The notes below the pieces were generated by a model. The model did not search any database and was not told where the DNA came from. It saw only the letters and a list, made by a program, of their open reading frames with translations. The translations under genes and the position numbers were made by a program. A stretch of 64,000 nt of DNA from a virus: the IMG/VR virus record IMGVR_UViG_3300031673_000022, positions 9,496-73,495 of that record; one strand, 5' to 3'. This document shows positions 19,772 through 29,527 of this stretch, piece by piece. How positions within the stretch are numbered: position 1 is the stretch's first letter; each line of letters opens with the position of its first letter.

Positions 19772-21168
19772 CCCCCACGTCCCGACGCCAAGTAGCCCGT
19801 GCCCTTCGTGCGGCAGCCAACGCGCTTAGTGCGGGCATCGTGAAGCACCCGCCCGCTATGCACGCGGAGATCCTTGAGTGGGTTCACGCTGTCGCCGCCG
19901 CGAACATGGTAGAGGCAATCAAGACGAAGATTGCCGAGACAAAGAAGGCGAAGAAGGAAGCGGCAGAGCGCTACGACAAGGTGCGCGAAGCGATCGACGA
20001 CATCAAGGCCAACCCGACAACGTGGTCAGCATACAAGGCGTTCGACGAAGCGATGTGGGCTTTCGGCGCGCGGAGCCGTCGCCCCGTCCGCGACTTCCAG
20101 AAGCTCACGCCAGAGAGGAAGAAGGCGCTTGAGAAGACGGTGTGGGCCGAGATAGAGGAGGCTGAGGATCGTCTCAAGGGCAGCCTCGGGATCTACGACG
20201 AGTGGGTGAATGAGTTTCATCAAGAGCTGAATGCGCTCCATACGTACCTACGCCACGGGGTTGGTCCCGTTGATGATGAGGAAACCAAATCCTTTCCCAT
20301 CAACACCGAAGGCTGGGACTATGGCACTAAGGAGTACGTCGAAAGGCTCAACGACCGCCTGGTTACTATCACGCAAGGAAATATCGAATCGTACAAGGAA
20401 GCACTCAAGCTCATTCCAGCGGACAAGAGGAGGCGCCTTGAGCACCATATCGCCTTTGCGGAAGAGGATCTCGCAGCCTTGATGAAGGGTGAGCGCGCCG
20501 ACTGGAAGAACATCACCGTCACGCTCGCCCTGGAACCAATCCAGAGTGAAGCCGCCTCGTGGAGTAGCGGGCGAAAGAACCTGCGCATCGTCATCCCGCG
20601 CATGAGCCCAGACCAGTTGAAGCATCTCTCAAAGGCACTGCGTCACGAGCTTCAACACTTCTCGCAGGCGTGGCTATCGTTCATCGCGGGCTGGACAGCA
20701 TACCAGCTAACCGAAGGCGGTGAACAAGCCCCGCCTCTGGGGGGCTTGCCGACGAAGCGCTCTCAAACGCCCGAGTTCCAGCAGGAGATGTCCCCCGGCC
20801 GCAGCAAAGCCGACGACCCCAAGACCAAAGCGCTACTCAAGAAGCTCCGCTCAGAGGGCGTCAACACCAAGCTCATCGACTTCCACGACCTCGACGACAT
20901 CGAGTTCTACACCGAGTTGCTCGACGCCATCGAACGGTTCAACGACAGGTTGGCGCACAACCCGCTCGACGCCAAGAAGAAGCGGCTCGCCATCAAACTC
21001 TTCGTAGGCGAGGGCGTCAACAACCCGGAGTTCTATCGCAAGACAAGCGACGTGCTCAAGTACCCGTGGGGTGAACCCGACAAGTTCTTCGCGAAGCTGT
21101 CGAGGACGAAGCGCTCTGCGCGCAAGCTCCGCGAGGCGCGGTCAGAGTTCGTCAAGGCTGTGCTGTAA
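19768..21168 (+). CDS. leader-bearing zincin-like metallopeptidase
   Basis: Leader [23 protein letters not shown], then LRHELQHF (HExxH) with a downstream IEFY. Confidence 0.7.
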   Translation: MTPTSRRQVARALRAAANALSAGIVKHPPAMHAEILEWVHAVAAANMVEAIKTKIAETKKAKKEAAERYDKVREAIDDIKANPTTWSAYKAFDEAMWAFGARSRRPVRDFQKLTPERKKALEKTVWAEIEEAEDRLKGSLGIYDEWVNEFHQELNALHTYLRHGVGPVDDEETKSFPINTEGWDYGTKEYVERLNDRLVTITQGNIESYKEALKLIPADKRRRLEHHIAFAEEDLAALMKGERADWKNITVTLALEPIQSEAASWSSGRKNLRIVIPRMSPDQLKHLSKALRHELQHFSQAWLSFIAGWTAYQLTEGGEQAPPLGGLPTKRSQTPEFQQEMSPGRSKADDPKTKALLKKLRSEGVNTKLIDFHDLDDIEFYTELLDAIERFNDRLAHNPLDAKKKRLAIKLFVGEGVNNPEFYRKTSDVLKYPWGEPDKFFAKLSRTKRSARKLREARSEFVKAVL

Positions 21169-21170
21169 AC

Positions 21171-21428
21171 CTACCCCGGCGGCAGGCCCGTCTTCACGAA
21201 GCGGTGGACGGCGGAGTTAGGCACCTTGCTCAGCCAGTAGGACTTGGCGGACTCGTAGTTGTTGAAGTTGCGGTACGCCGTCATGGGCTTCTCTTGATGC
21301 CCGCGACGGAACGCACAGACGTAGACCTTACGCGGTGACCACCAAGCGAACCCGAATGGCCCGACCAGCACCCTCCCGCGTTTCGGGTCGTTCACCCAAA
21401 TCGTCGCTGTCTTCCGCCACTTCGACAT
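21171..21428 (-). CDS. small hypothetical protein
   Basis: 85-aa ORF filling the gap between convergent genes. Confidence 0.5.
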   Translation of the reverse strand: MSKWRKTATIWVNDPKRGRVLVGPFGFAWWSPRKVYVCAFRRGHQEKPMTAYRNFNNYESAKSYWLSKVPNSAVHRFVKTGLPPG

Positions 21429-21451
21429 TCATGCTTACGGGTTCAGGCAGG

Positions 21452-23149
21452 CTAGCCCTGCTTCTTCAGATTCGCCTTTACGCACTTCTTCCCGTCAAAG
21501 TGGAAGCCATCGGGGCACCGACCTTGTTTCTTCCGGTAAGCGTCGGCCTTCATATTCTTGTCTTCCGCCTTGCGCTTCTCGCGGTCGTTGTGGATGTTCT
21601 CTTCAACCTCGGTACGCTTCGGCTTCGGCTTCGGCGCGAAGTACCTCTCGGCGCTCTCTTCGGCTTCTTTCTCTCGGGCCTTGCGCTCCTTGCGCTCCTT
21701 GAACCAGTCAACAGCATCGTCGATGACGCCTGTTCCCAGCCCTGTCCCCTTTGGTGTGCCGGATCCGGGGCCTATGCGCGCCTGCAATGCGACCTCGATG
21801 TCTGCCTTCTTCTCTGAGTCATAGGTCTGCGGCCACAGCTCCCCCGTCTTGTTCGATACGACGCGCCACTTTCCATCACGTTTCACAACACAGCCACCGG
21901 AAGGGCACTTCCCTTCCTTCGCTAGGAGGACCTGGCCGGCAGCCTCGACGAGTGACCGCACGGCGTTCATGTCTACGGCTTCCCCGTACAGCACGTCAGC
22001 ACGGGCGTCAGCGATCCAACCCCGCAGCAAGGAAGCGGGGCCGCGAACCGAACCAAGGACGGGGGAGAGGTTCCGCAGCGAGTGCTCGATGGCGCTTCGG
22101 TGGTACACAAAGCCGGGCTCGCTCGCGAGAGACGGGTCCTTGAGCAGCTTCATAGAGTGCTCAAGTTCCTCCTTGATGAACTCAGCGGCCTCTCGCGAGA
22201 CGGTGATCCGATCGCTACCCCGTGCGAGCGCTTTCAGGACTTCCTTGGCGAGAGCGGGGGCACGGCGGCGGCGTCCTAGTACCGTGAGCTTTGTTTCAAG
22301 CTCCTCTTTTGCGAGTGGGGTGATGTCGAACGTGACCTCCGCTGCGGCTCTAACGTTTGCCACTATATCCTCGAATCCTGGGAAGTCGCCGCGAGGCAAC
22401 TTCACCCGTGTTTGGTCTGGCTGTGGGAGTTTCTTACCGCTCATCTTCTCAGCCCACGCGATGGCCTGAGCGATAGCTGCGGGACCCTTCGGGTCTTTAA
22501 GGACGGAGCGGATGCCCGCATCCTTCATCCATCCCTTCCCCTCCTGCCAACCACGCGAGGACTTCTTCGGGTAGCGGCGACCATAGGGGTCACTACCCCG
22601 ATCTCCGCCTGAGGTCTGAGCCTTCGCGTTGTGGTACGGGATGGGGTGCATCGACGGCGGGAACTGGCTTGCCGTGGGGTCGATGATGGCCTTCGCGGAC
22701 TTGGGGTCCTTGCCCCAGAACACGAAGAAGTGGCTACCCTCACCGAGAGCAGGCCACGTATCGCCCGAGAGTCTACCCGTGCGCCAGCCAAGCTGGACAC
22801 CGCCAGCCAGGAACTTGAACATCGAGGCTGCGTTGTCGCACTGACCAGTGAGGGAGAGCCCTTCCTTTGAGGTTCCCTCTGGAGGAGGGAACTTCTCAAG
22901 GTACGTAAGGCTTCTTCCCCCCTTGTCTGGGTAAGTCGGAAGCGAACACCCCTTGACGTACTTTGCGACGAGCTTCAGGAGGGCTCTAAGCTCACGGGGA
23001 ATTCTCGGCGTACTCGCGCTCACCTTGCCAGCGCGAGTACACCGTTGCCCACCAAGCCCCGCCCGATATTCATCCCAGAGGCACTCAACTTCGTCGAGTG
23101 ACGGGAGACCGGGCGGGGTCAGTACGGGAGTAGTGCGTCGTCGTGCCAC
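21452..23149 (-). CDS. 565-aa polyprotein with YunG-like papain/transglutaminase-fold domain
   Basis: GQCD..GSHFF..IIDPTASQF (Cys-His-Asp), a VRAAA linker, internal leader-like MNAVRSLVEAAGQVLLAK, and C-terminal CPDGFHFDGKKCV. Confidence 0.55.
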   Translation of the reverse strand: MARRRTTPVLTPPGLPSLDEVECLWDEYRAGLGGQRCTRAGKVSASTPRIPRELRALLKLVAKYVKGCSLPTYPDKGGRSLTYLEKFPPPEGTSKEGLSLTGQCDNAASMFKFLAGGVQLGWRTGRLSGDTWPALGEGSHFFVFWGKDPKSAKAIIDPTASQFPPSMHPIPYHNAKAQTSGGDRGSDPYGRRYPKKSSRGWQEGKGWMKDAGIRSVLKDPKGPAAIAQAIAWAEKMSGKKLPQPDQTRVKLPRGDFPGFEDIVANVRAAAEVTFDITPLAKEELETKLTVLGRRRRAPALAKEVLKALARGSDRITVSREAAEFIKEELEHSMKLLKDPSLASEPGFVYHRSAIEHSLRNLSPVLGSVRGPASLLRGWIADARADVLYGEAVDMNAVRSLVEAAGQVLLAKEGKCPSGGCVVKRDGKWRVVSNKTGELWPQTYDSEKKADIEVALQARIGPGSGTPKGTGLGTGVIDDAVDWFKERKERKAREKEAEESAERYFAPKPKPKRTEVEENIHNDREKRKAEDKNMKADAYRKKQGRCPDGFHFDGKKCVKANLKKQG

Positions 23150-23208
23150 TACCCAGTATGCCGTTATCTAACACTTCTCGCGGGTTAGCTGCGGGCTCCT
23201 ACCTAGAC

Positions 23209-23988
23209 TCAGGCTTCTTCCTGCTCCTTCGCAGCCGCCGCGTTGGCTCGCGCGTTATCGGCCTTCATCTGGTAGGCGATGCGATCACGCGCCCACACCT
23301 GAGCGTCATGCGGCCAGAAGGAGCCGGAGGCTACACCCTGGAGGTCCGCGACCGTGAGGTCCGCGAGCATGAGCGAAAGCTCACCAACCACCGCTGTGGA
23401 AGGAGTCGATCCGCTCTTGACGCGAGCTTCCAGCGCCGTGAGGCGGGTGCTGCGGTTGGACTCCAACTTCGGGTCAGCGCGCTGACCGTCTGCGTTCATG
23501 AGGTTGAGAGCCTCCGCGAGCTTCGGGTCCATGGCGGCGATGATGTTCTTCATGCCTGCGCTGCTCGCCTTCTGGCGCTCCGCCTTGTCACTCGCTGAGG
23601 CTTCCTTGTTCTTGCGCTTCTCGTCGGAGCGCGCGACGTAGGTGTTGTTCGCCTCGTTGTACGCGGCGCGGAACGACGCTTCCTGCGCCGGGTCGCCACG
23701 CTCGATGAGGGCTTCCTCCTCGGAGACGACCTCGATCGTTCCATTGTTCAGCAGGCGACGGAACGACTCGGACTGCCGAAGGGCATCGGGGTCGATGTGG
23801 TCGCAGATGTTGAAGGCAATCGCCGTCCGGGGGATGTTGAACGAGCGTCCACCTTCCGCCGTCGGGAAGTTGAGGACCGTCATCATCTGAGCACCAGTCT
23901 CACGGTGCCGCGACTTGTTGCGGATGTAGAGGGGCTTGCGCTCCTGGAGGGTCTTGTCGATCTCGAAGAAGGAAGAATAGACGGTCAT
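23209..23988 (-). CDS. hypothetical protein (259 aa)
   Basis: GGAG RBS and highly biased codon usage. Confidence 0.7.
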   Translation of the reverse strand: MTVYSSFFEIDKTLQERKPLYIRNKSRHRETGAQMMTVLNFPTAEGGRSFNIPRTAIAFNICDHIDPDALRQSESFRRLLNNGTIEVVSEEEALIERGDPAQEASFRAAYNEANNTYVARSDEKRKNKEASASDKAERQKASSAGMKNIIAAMDPKLAEALNLMNADGQRADPKLESNRSTRLTALEARVKSGSTPSTAVVGELSLMLADLTVADLQGVASGSFWPHDAQVWARDRIAYQMKADNARANAAAAKEQEEA

Positions 23989-24051
23989 GGAATACTCCGG
24001 GCGTTGGTGTCTGGGTCAGAGTTCATCTACCACTAGCACACCCCAAACGAC

Positions 24052-24087
24052 TAGGGCCTTCTCCGACGACAATCGGAGAAGGCCCTA
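24052..24087. terminator. 15-bp stem hairpin, probable terminator
   Basis: TAGGGCCTTCTCCGA-cgacaa-TCGGAGAAGGCCCTA between two minus-strand genes. Confidence 0.6.
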
Positions 24088-24119
24088 CTTCTAGGCAAGC
24101 ACGACCGCCGGATCACATA

Positions 24120-27100
24120 CTAAGCGCTACGCTCAGTACGGCTGTCCAGCACCTCGCACACCAAAGGTGAAATCTGCGCGGTCTGTCCGCCAGACTTGTC
24201 TGCTAGGTACCCAAACTTTGCCATCCCACGAAGGGCGCGCACAGCAAGCCACCCGGGGACAACGGTCGCGGGGACGTCGTTTGAGGCGAGCAGCAGCGCG
24301 GTGCGCAGGTCTCGATCTCGAAAGACGATGCGGGCCAGGACGTGTCGTTGTCGAACTCCTGCTTGAACGGTGTTCGGCTTGTCGAGCATCTGGTTGATGG
24401 CGCGGGCGATCTCACTTCTCGTCAACGACGCGATGACAGGTTCTAGGTCAACCGCGCCCTCGACCGCCCGCGTAAACTCAAAGCCAGCTAGGCGCTTCTT
24501 GCATACCTCGTAGACGTGCCATGCCTTCTCGCCGTGGTAGTTGGCGAGTTCTTCGAGCTTCTTCAAGCCCTTCCGCACAGTCTCCTCCGGAAATCCGATA
24601 CCGAAGGCCGCTTCCAACAGCGCTGCTCTCTTGTATGGGCAGAGATGAATGAGACCGACCGTGCGACGAGTTCCGCCAGATAGAAACGCGGAAGACTCCA
24701 ACAGAGGAGCGTCTGGTCCCTCGATCAGAAAGCTGTACGCCTGAGCCGTACGAAGTAGAGGAGCCACCTTGCTTGGACCGAAGTGGTTGTCGTGGTCATT
24801 GATGGGAATCGGACGAGAAGGCGCACCGGAACCGGAAATCCTACCGGTGCGTCCGGTATTCCGTCCCTTGCTGCGGCTCTCGGCAATGTTCGTGACCACT
24901 GTCTTGCCTCTCCTCGTCTTTCCAAGGTTGCTTGGATCGAGGTCTCTATGCTTGACATTGTTCTGCTTCAAGAAGCTGAGGATGGACTTTGCCCAGCGCA
25001 CCTTACGCTCTAGTCCTGGGTCTCTCCATACTGACTGCCTCGCTTTCATCAGGTGGTCACCACGCTCCTTCTTTGCGAAGGGGATCGCCTGGTCAGGTCG
25101 TCGACGCCGCACTTCCGACGGGTCATAGACGCTCGGCTCGTCAACCGCAGCGACGTACTCAAGGAACTCCTGCACGTCCTCAGGATCAGCCGGACGTAGA
25201 CCACCATATTGCATAGCCCGCCAGCGGAAGAAGGTGTCTACAAACAACAGCCAGTCTTGCTCAGGAGGCCAGCGAAGGGTGTCGTGATGGATGGCCCACA
25301 TGGGCTTCTTCCCACGAAGTCGAACCTCGAACACGTCATGGACAACAGGCATAGCGGGGTGCCGCTTGCTCTTCATGCGGTTCCACGCCTTACCCTCCAT
25401 CTTGTCGGGGGTGAGCGTGATCGAGCCGGCTTGTTTTGGTAGCTCCCACGTCGTCAACGGACGGTGATGGTAGCGGCGGCGCCCTCCGATGACGGGTGCC
25501 CGTTGGCGAACACCCCTCTCAGGATCGATTCCAAGACGTTTGGCGATACGCTTCCACATCTTCGGGTGCTCGACGAACTCGTCCGGCTGGTCGAGATTGC
25601 CGTGCTTGATGTGCTTCCAGGCGTCGTGGGGGACTTTGAACGCAGATGACACTCGTACACCATGTTGGGCAACCGCGTTGCCGATCTCTCGTAACATGCG
25701 CTTCTTGTTCTTTGGAGTCAGGTGGTCCTTGACACGCAGCCAAGTACCGCTCTTCTTCAGGGCCTGTGAGAACGAGAGCCCGCTATCGATGACGCCCAAC
25801 ACCTCGTCGACGGCCTGCTGAATGAAGGCGCGCAACTCGACGGGCAGGTTGTGGTACCCCTTCTGGCCCAACCCTGTCGTCTCACGCACGTCGTCAGCCA
25901 GCTTGAGTGGGTTGAGCATTAGCTCAGTACCGTGTGTCACCTCGTGGATGAGGACGGAGTAAATCTCCTTCTCCAGTTGGTCTTCCTGATCGTGAAGCTC
26001 GGCACACGTCAGCTTCCCGAACAGCGAGATCACGATCTGAGTGTCCTCGGGCAATGAGTCGCCCCATTCGTCGGTGGCTTGCCGCCAAGCGGCTTGTTGC
26101 ACAAACTTGCGGTGTCCTGACTTGAAGGATAGCTTGTTCTTCGCCGTCACCACCACGGGAATCTTGTAGTTGACGTCGACGAAGCCCTTGCCATGCTTCA
26201 ACGCCTTGGCGAGGGCGACGAAGCCAGCAGTGAATTTCATGCCAGGACCACCGGGATACCCGGAGTAGGTCGACAACGGGCGATACTTCCACGCCGTCTT
26301 TTTGTGGTCACCAACGGCTATCTCGCACCCCTTGAGCACGGCCTGCGCGACCTGCTTAGCGACGGCCTTCAGGTGCGTTTTGTCGATGGGGATGATTCCC
26401 GCCGTCACTGCGAAGGCGCCCTGGACAGGAGCAGATTCTAGTTGCTCTCTGTGCATCTTGATAGCGTCCACACGCTCCTTCTGTACACGCCTGCGTTCAT
26501 CATCTTGCCACCGTCGATCGTCGTCGATCCGCTTACCGAGGGCATCCTGTGGATCGCTCTTCTCCCACCCACGAAAGTCCTTCATGTACTGCGGGCTCCA
26601 CCAGACCTGATCGTTCTCTAGGACGGCCTCTGAGCCTGGGAGTACAGCATCCACTGTCCACTCGTCGCTGTCCGGGGAATCGGGATGGTCATCCCCGAGA
26701 TCGGGCGTGAACTTGATCTTGGCCGGGCGGTAAGTGCTCCGCTTAGCGAAGTCCTGTGCCTGCTTCTCATTCCCGAACGTCTTGACCACGCGCATAGGAA
26801 CAAATGCCCTGTCCTGCTTCTGGTAGCGGGGGTCGTTACGCACAAGGAATTCAATGTAGTTGTCGTTCTCCCGTGAGAAAAACACCGCGATGATGTCGTC
26901 AATATTCACGTCCGCCCCGAGAACGTGGCGCCACTCGTCGTTGCTTGAGGCACCGAAATGCGCGGCGATCGTCGGGTCAGATGACCATTGGAGAAACTTG
27001 CGTGAGAGCTTGGGCGCATTGACGGGCTGCCCTCGGTACAGACGAACCTTCTGCCCTTTCTTACGCAAGCGCTCTCGAAGGGGCACGAACGCCTCGTATA

Positions 27101-27290
27101 GCTCCTCTGCGTACCGCTCAAGGGGAGGTACCTTCCCTATAAAGACACCATGTAGGAAGCTCTTGACATCTTGACGAATGGTAGCTGGGAGGCCGTCAAG
27201 GATCTGCTTGGCCAGGGGACGGAGGCTCCCGTACCGCTGCGCTGTTGCAGACACGCTCTCTACGTTGGATCGTCTCACTGCCATGCCCAT
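24120..27290 (-). CDS. 1056-aa polyprotein: ART-like, zincin and kinase-like domains
   Basis: RLYRGQP..QWSS..IEFLV (R-S-E ART), LIHEVTHG plus VELRAF (zincin), and VKHRDLDPSNLG (kinase catalytic-loop-like). Confidence 0.65.
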   Translation of the reverse strand: MGMAVRRSNVESVSATAQRYGSLRPLAKQILDGLPATIRQDVKSFLHGVFIGKVPPLERYAEELYEAFVPLRERLRKKGQKVRLYRGQPVNAPKLSRKFLQWSSDPTIAAHFGASSNDEWRHVLGADVNIDDIIAVFFSRENDNYIEFLVRNDPRYQKQDRAFVPMRVVKTFGNEKQAQDFAKRSTYRPAKIKFTPDLGDDHPDSPDSDEWTVDAVLPGSEAVLENDQVWWSPQYMKDFRGWEKSDPQDALGKRIDDDRRWQDDERRRVQKERVDAIKMHREQLESAPVQGAFAVTAGIIPIDKTHLKAVAKQVAQAVLKGCEIAVGDHKKTAWKYRPLSTYSGYPGGPGMKFTAGFVALAKALKHGKGFVDVNYKIPVVVTAKNKLSFKSGHRKFVQQAAWRQATDEWGDSLPEDTQIVISLFGKLTCAELHDQEDQLEKEIYSVLIHEVTHGTELMLNPLKLADDVRETTGLGQKGYHNLPVELRAFIQQAVDEVLGVIDSGLSFSQALKKSGTWLRVKDHLTPKNKKRMLREIGNAVAQHGVRVSSAFKVPHDAWKHIKHGNLDQPDEFVEHPKMWKRIAKRLGIDPERGVRQRAPVIGGRRRYHHRPLTTWELPKQAGSITLTPDKMEGKAWNRMKSKRHPAMPVVHDVFEVRLRGKKPMWAIHHDTLRWPPEQDWLLFVDTFFRWRAMQYGGLRPADPEDVQEFLEYVAAVDEPSVYDPSEVRRRRPDQAIPFAKKERGDHLMKARQSVWRDPGLERKVRWAKSILSFLKQNNVKHRDLDPSNLGKTRRGKTVVTNIAESRSKGRNTGRTGRISGSGAPSRPIPINDHDNHFGPSKVAPLLRTAQAYSFLIEGPDAPLLESSAFLSGGTRRTVGLIHLCPYKRAALLEAAFGIGFPEETVRKGLKKLEELANYHGEKAWHVYEVCKKRLAGFEFTRAVEGAVDLEPVIASLTRSEIARAINQMLDKPNTVQAGVRQRHVLARIVFRDRDLRTALLLASNDVPATVVPGWLAVRALRGMAKFGYLADKSGGQTAQISPLVCEVLDSRTERSA

Positions 27291-27345
27291 AGAGTGTCAC
27301 GCGCGCCGTCGATGAGAACCGCATCCTGAGTCTAGGAGGTCTTCC

Positions 27346-27822
27346 ATGCCCATCTCGAAGCGTAAACCTGCCCGTAAGCGGCTCAATCGTGCCGCGACTG
27401 CTGCTGCGCTTCGTGCGGCTGCCGACAAGATCGAAGCTACAGGCGTGGTTTCTGCCAAGTACACCATCCCCCAGGTGAACAAGGCGCAGGAAAAAGTCCT
27501 CGACCTGATCGACGGGATCGGCGTAGACCCCAGCCGCGTCAAGGTCGCCGTGGTGGGAGAGGATGGGGCCGACCCAATTCTCTCGGTCACCTCGCGACGA
27601 GACATCCTGGCCAAGATCAAGGAAGTCCTTTCCAAAGCATTCCCCATCGTGTCCAGCGACCATGGTGAGGTGAGCGTCCGCGTTCGGCAGGTGCTCGCCG
27701 CAAGCGTTCGTGCAGAAATGGTCGACGACTACGAGGACGAGGACGAGTTCGACGACGCGGACGAGTTCGACCTCGACGAAGACGATGAGGCGAGCCTGCT
27801 TCTCGACTACGAGCCCAGTTGA
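27346..27822 (+). CDS. leader-bearing small protein with acidic tail
   Basis: RAATAAALRAAADKIEA, and VRA followed by a D/E-rich tail. Confidence 0.7.
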   Translation: MPISKRKPARKRLNRAATAAALRAAADKIEATGVVSAKYTIPQVNKAQEKVLDLIDGIGVDPSRVKVAVVGEDGADPILSVTSRRDILAKIKEVLSKAFPIVSSDHGEVSVRVRQVLAASVRAEMVDDYEDEDEFDDADEFDLDEDDEASLLLDYEPS

Positions 27823-27860
27823 GGGAACCACTAACGCGAGTCTCGCGTTTGGGGTAGGGG

Positions 27861-28412
27861 ATGACGGACGTAGAGTGCTTCTGGTTGGAGCCTATCGATC
27901 AGGTGCGCGTTTCGCTGCGTAGGTATGGTCGAAACAGTCGTTGTGCTGCGGGCAAGTCGTACTGCAATGCCGAAGCTCCTCTAACCACGGTCAGTGCCGA
28001 AGACGCCAACCCCACTGGAGACCTCTGGCCTCACGAGGATCCTAGGTGGCCCACGCGCTGCGCCTCGTGCGGCCACCCCTTCAAAGACCACGACCACTGG
28101 CAGCTACGCCACGCTCGGCTCTACGGGTCAGAGGGATACACCATGACGCTCCATGAGGCGCCCCCAGGCGCGATGTGGAGCGCTGACTGGTACGAGGGAG
28201 GCAGAACCCCGGGACCCGATGGAAGATGGCTTGTGGTCCGTCTCCCGAGCGGACAGGACTGGTTCATCGATGGGAACGCGAGCGGGCACCCCGAGCACGT
28301 CGCCTCTTGGACCAGAACAGGGGAGGTTCCCTACGTAACCGTCACGCCTTCGGTGAAGACCGGTGAGTGGCATGGCTGGCTCGTGAACGGGGTGTTCAAG
28401 AAGTCGGGCTGA
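27861..28412 (+). CDS. Cys/His-rich protein (DUF6527-like C-terminus)
   Basis: CASCG motif and WTRTG..VTVTPSV..WHGWLVNG. Confidence 0.55.
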   Translation: MTDVECFWLEPIDQVRVSLRRYGRNSRCAAGKSYCNAEAPLTTVSAEDANPTGDLWPHEDPRWPTRCASCGHPFKDHDHWQLRHARLYGSEGYTMTLHEAPPGAMWSADWYEGGRTPGPDGRWLVVRLPSGQDWFIDGNASGHPEHVASWTRTGEVPYVTVTPSVKTGEWHGWLVNGVFKKSG

Positions 28413-28812
28413 GCTTGTCGCGGCCTATGATCTTGATTTGCTTTGGGTCGAACACGAAGCCGGTGAAAGTACCGTCTCGTTCACGTAGCAAGGCCCCGTC
28501 GAAGCCATCCCGACGAAGCTCACCAAGCCCAAGCTGGTTGTACTCGTCCCACCCAGCAGGGTTTCGCAGGTCGACCTTCAACGTAAGGATCTGCCCGCTG
28601 CCTTGCGCCCCCGCATCACCAGACTCGATGGATGCTCGGTCGGAGGTGAACCAGATGATCCCCATCGTCGACTTAGCCAGGCTGAACCTGCTGAACGTGG
28701 CTCCAGTTCCATGAAAGACGGGCTTGGTAACCACTGATCCAGAGGCCGTGAGAAGACACGACGCCGCCGCCCTGAGTGCTAGAGCGACCTGGTCCTTGGT
28801 TACTTGATCCAT
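28396..28812 (-). CDS. leader-bearing ART-PolyVal-like ADP-ribosyltransferase
   Basis: Leader MDQVTKDQVALALRAAASCLLTAS, then VFHGTGATFSRF..IIWFTSD..DLRNP..GFDGALL..FVFDPKQIK. Confidence 0.75.
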   Translation of the reverse strand: MDQVTKDQVALALRAAASCLLTASGSVVTKPVFHGTGATFSRFSLAKSTMGIIWFTSDRASIESGDAGAQGSGQILTLKVDLRNPAGWDEYNQLGLGELRRDGFDGALLRERDGTFTGFVFDPKQIKIIGRDKLSPTS

Positions 28813-28816
28813 ATCG

Positions 28817-29527
28817 TTACCAGTACAGCGGTAGGTGACTCTGAAGCGCGAACACCGTATTGGTACACCAAGGCATCGACCAGCGAAGTACCTGAGGGTT
28901 GTCCGGCGTTCCCTCGGAGATACCCTCGGTCGCAGGCCAGCGTGGGGTCTCACCCGGCCCGAGGCTATGCAGCCCCGACTGGAACAGACCGATGTTGTAC
29001 GTGTGAGCAGCCACGCGACAGTTCATCTGGTTGGCCCACTCGACGGCAAATTCCTGCCCACGCACCGCGCAGAAGGTCGCGCAGGTACGGAACCAGAGTA
29101 GAGACTCCGTTGTCAGCCGATCCTTGATCTGCATGAGCGGACCAAAGAAGTTCGGGTCCTCGAAGGCACGCTTCGTCATGGGTGAGTTCTTCATCCAGAC
29201 CTTACCTGGGCTGCCATGCCCCCAGAACTGGACCTCGCGCAGTGCCTTTGCGCCACCGACAGAAGCTACCCAGGCCAGCGCGTCTGCCCAGTTGTCGAAC
29301 CCGGCTACATGGTCGAACCGACGCAGCTTGCGGAACAGCAGGCCACCCGCCCACCAGGAATGGGACAGGCCGAGGTCGATGTCGAGCGAGTCGATCAGCG
29401 AGTCGAACGGATCAGGTGCGGCCTTCTTCAGCGCCTTAGACACGGCCTTCCGATCGCTCGTGTCGTAAATCATGAGACGCAGCCCACCATCCAGGGCCGC
29501 ACTCTCTTTGACTGCCAAGGCAGTCAT
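28817..29527 (-). CDS. DUF4347-like clan-CD (caspase-hemoglobinase fold) peptidase-like protein
   Basis: EVQFWGHGSPG and LWFRTCATF give a His-Cys dyad pattern. Confidence 0.5.
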   Translation of the reverse strand: MTALAVKESAALDGGLRLMIYDTSDRKAVSKALKKAAPDPFDSLIDSLDIDLGLSHSWWAGGLLFRKLRRFDHVAGFDNWADALAWVASVGGAKALREVQFWGHGSPGKVWMKNSPMTKRAFEDPNFFGPLMQIKDRLTTESLLWFRTCATFCAVRGQEFAVEWANQMNCRVAAHTYNIGLFQSGLHSLGPGETPRWPATEGISEGTPDNPQVLRWSMPWCTNTVFALQSHLPLYW

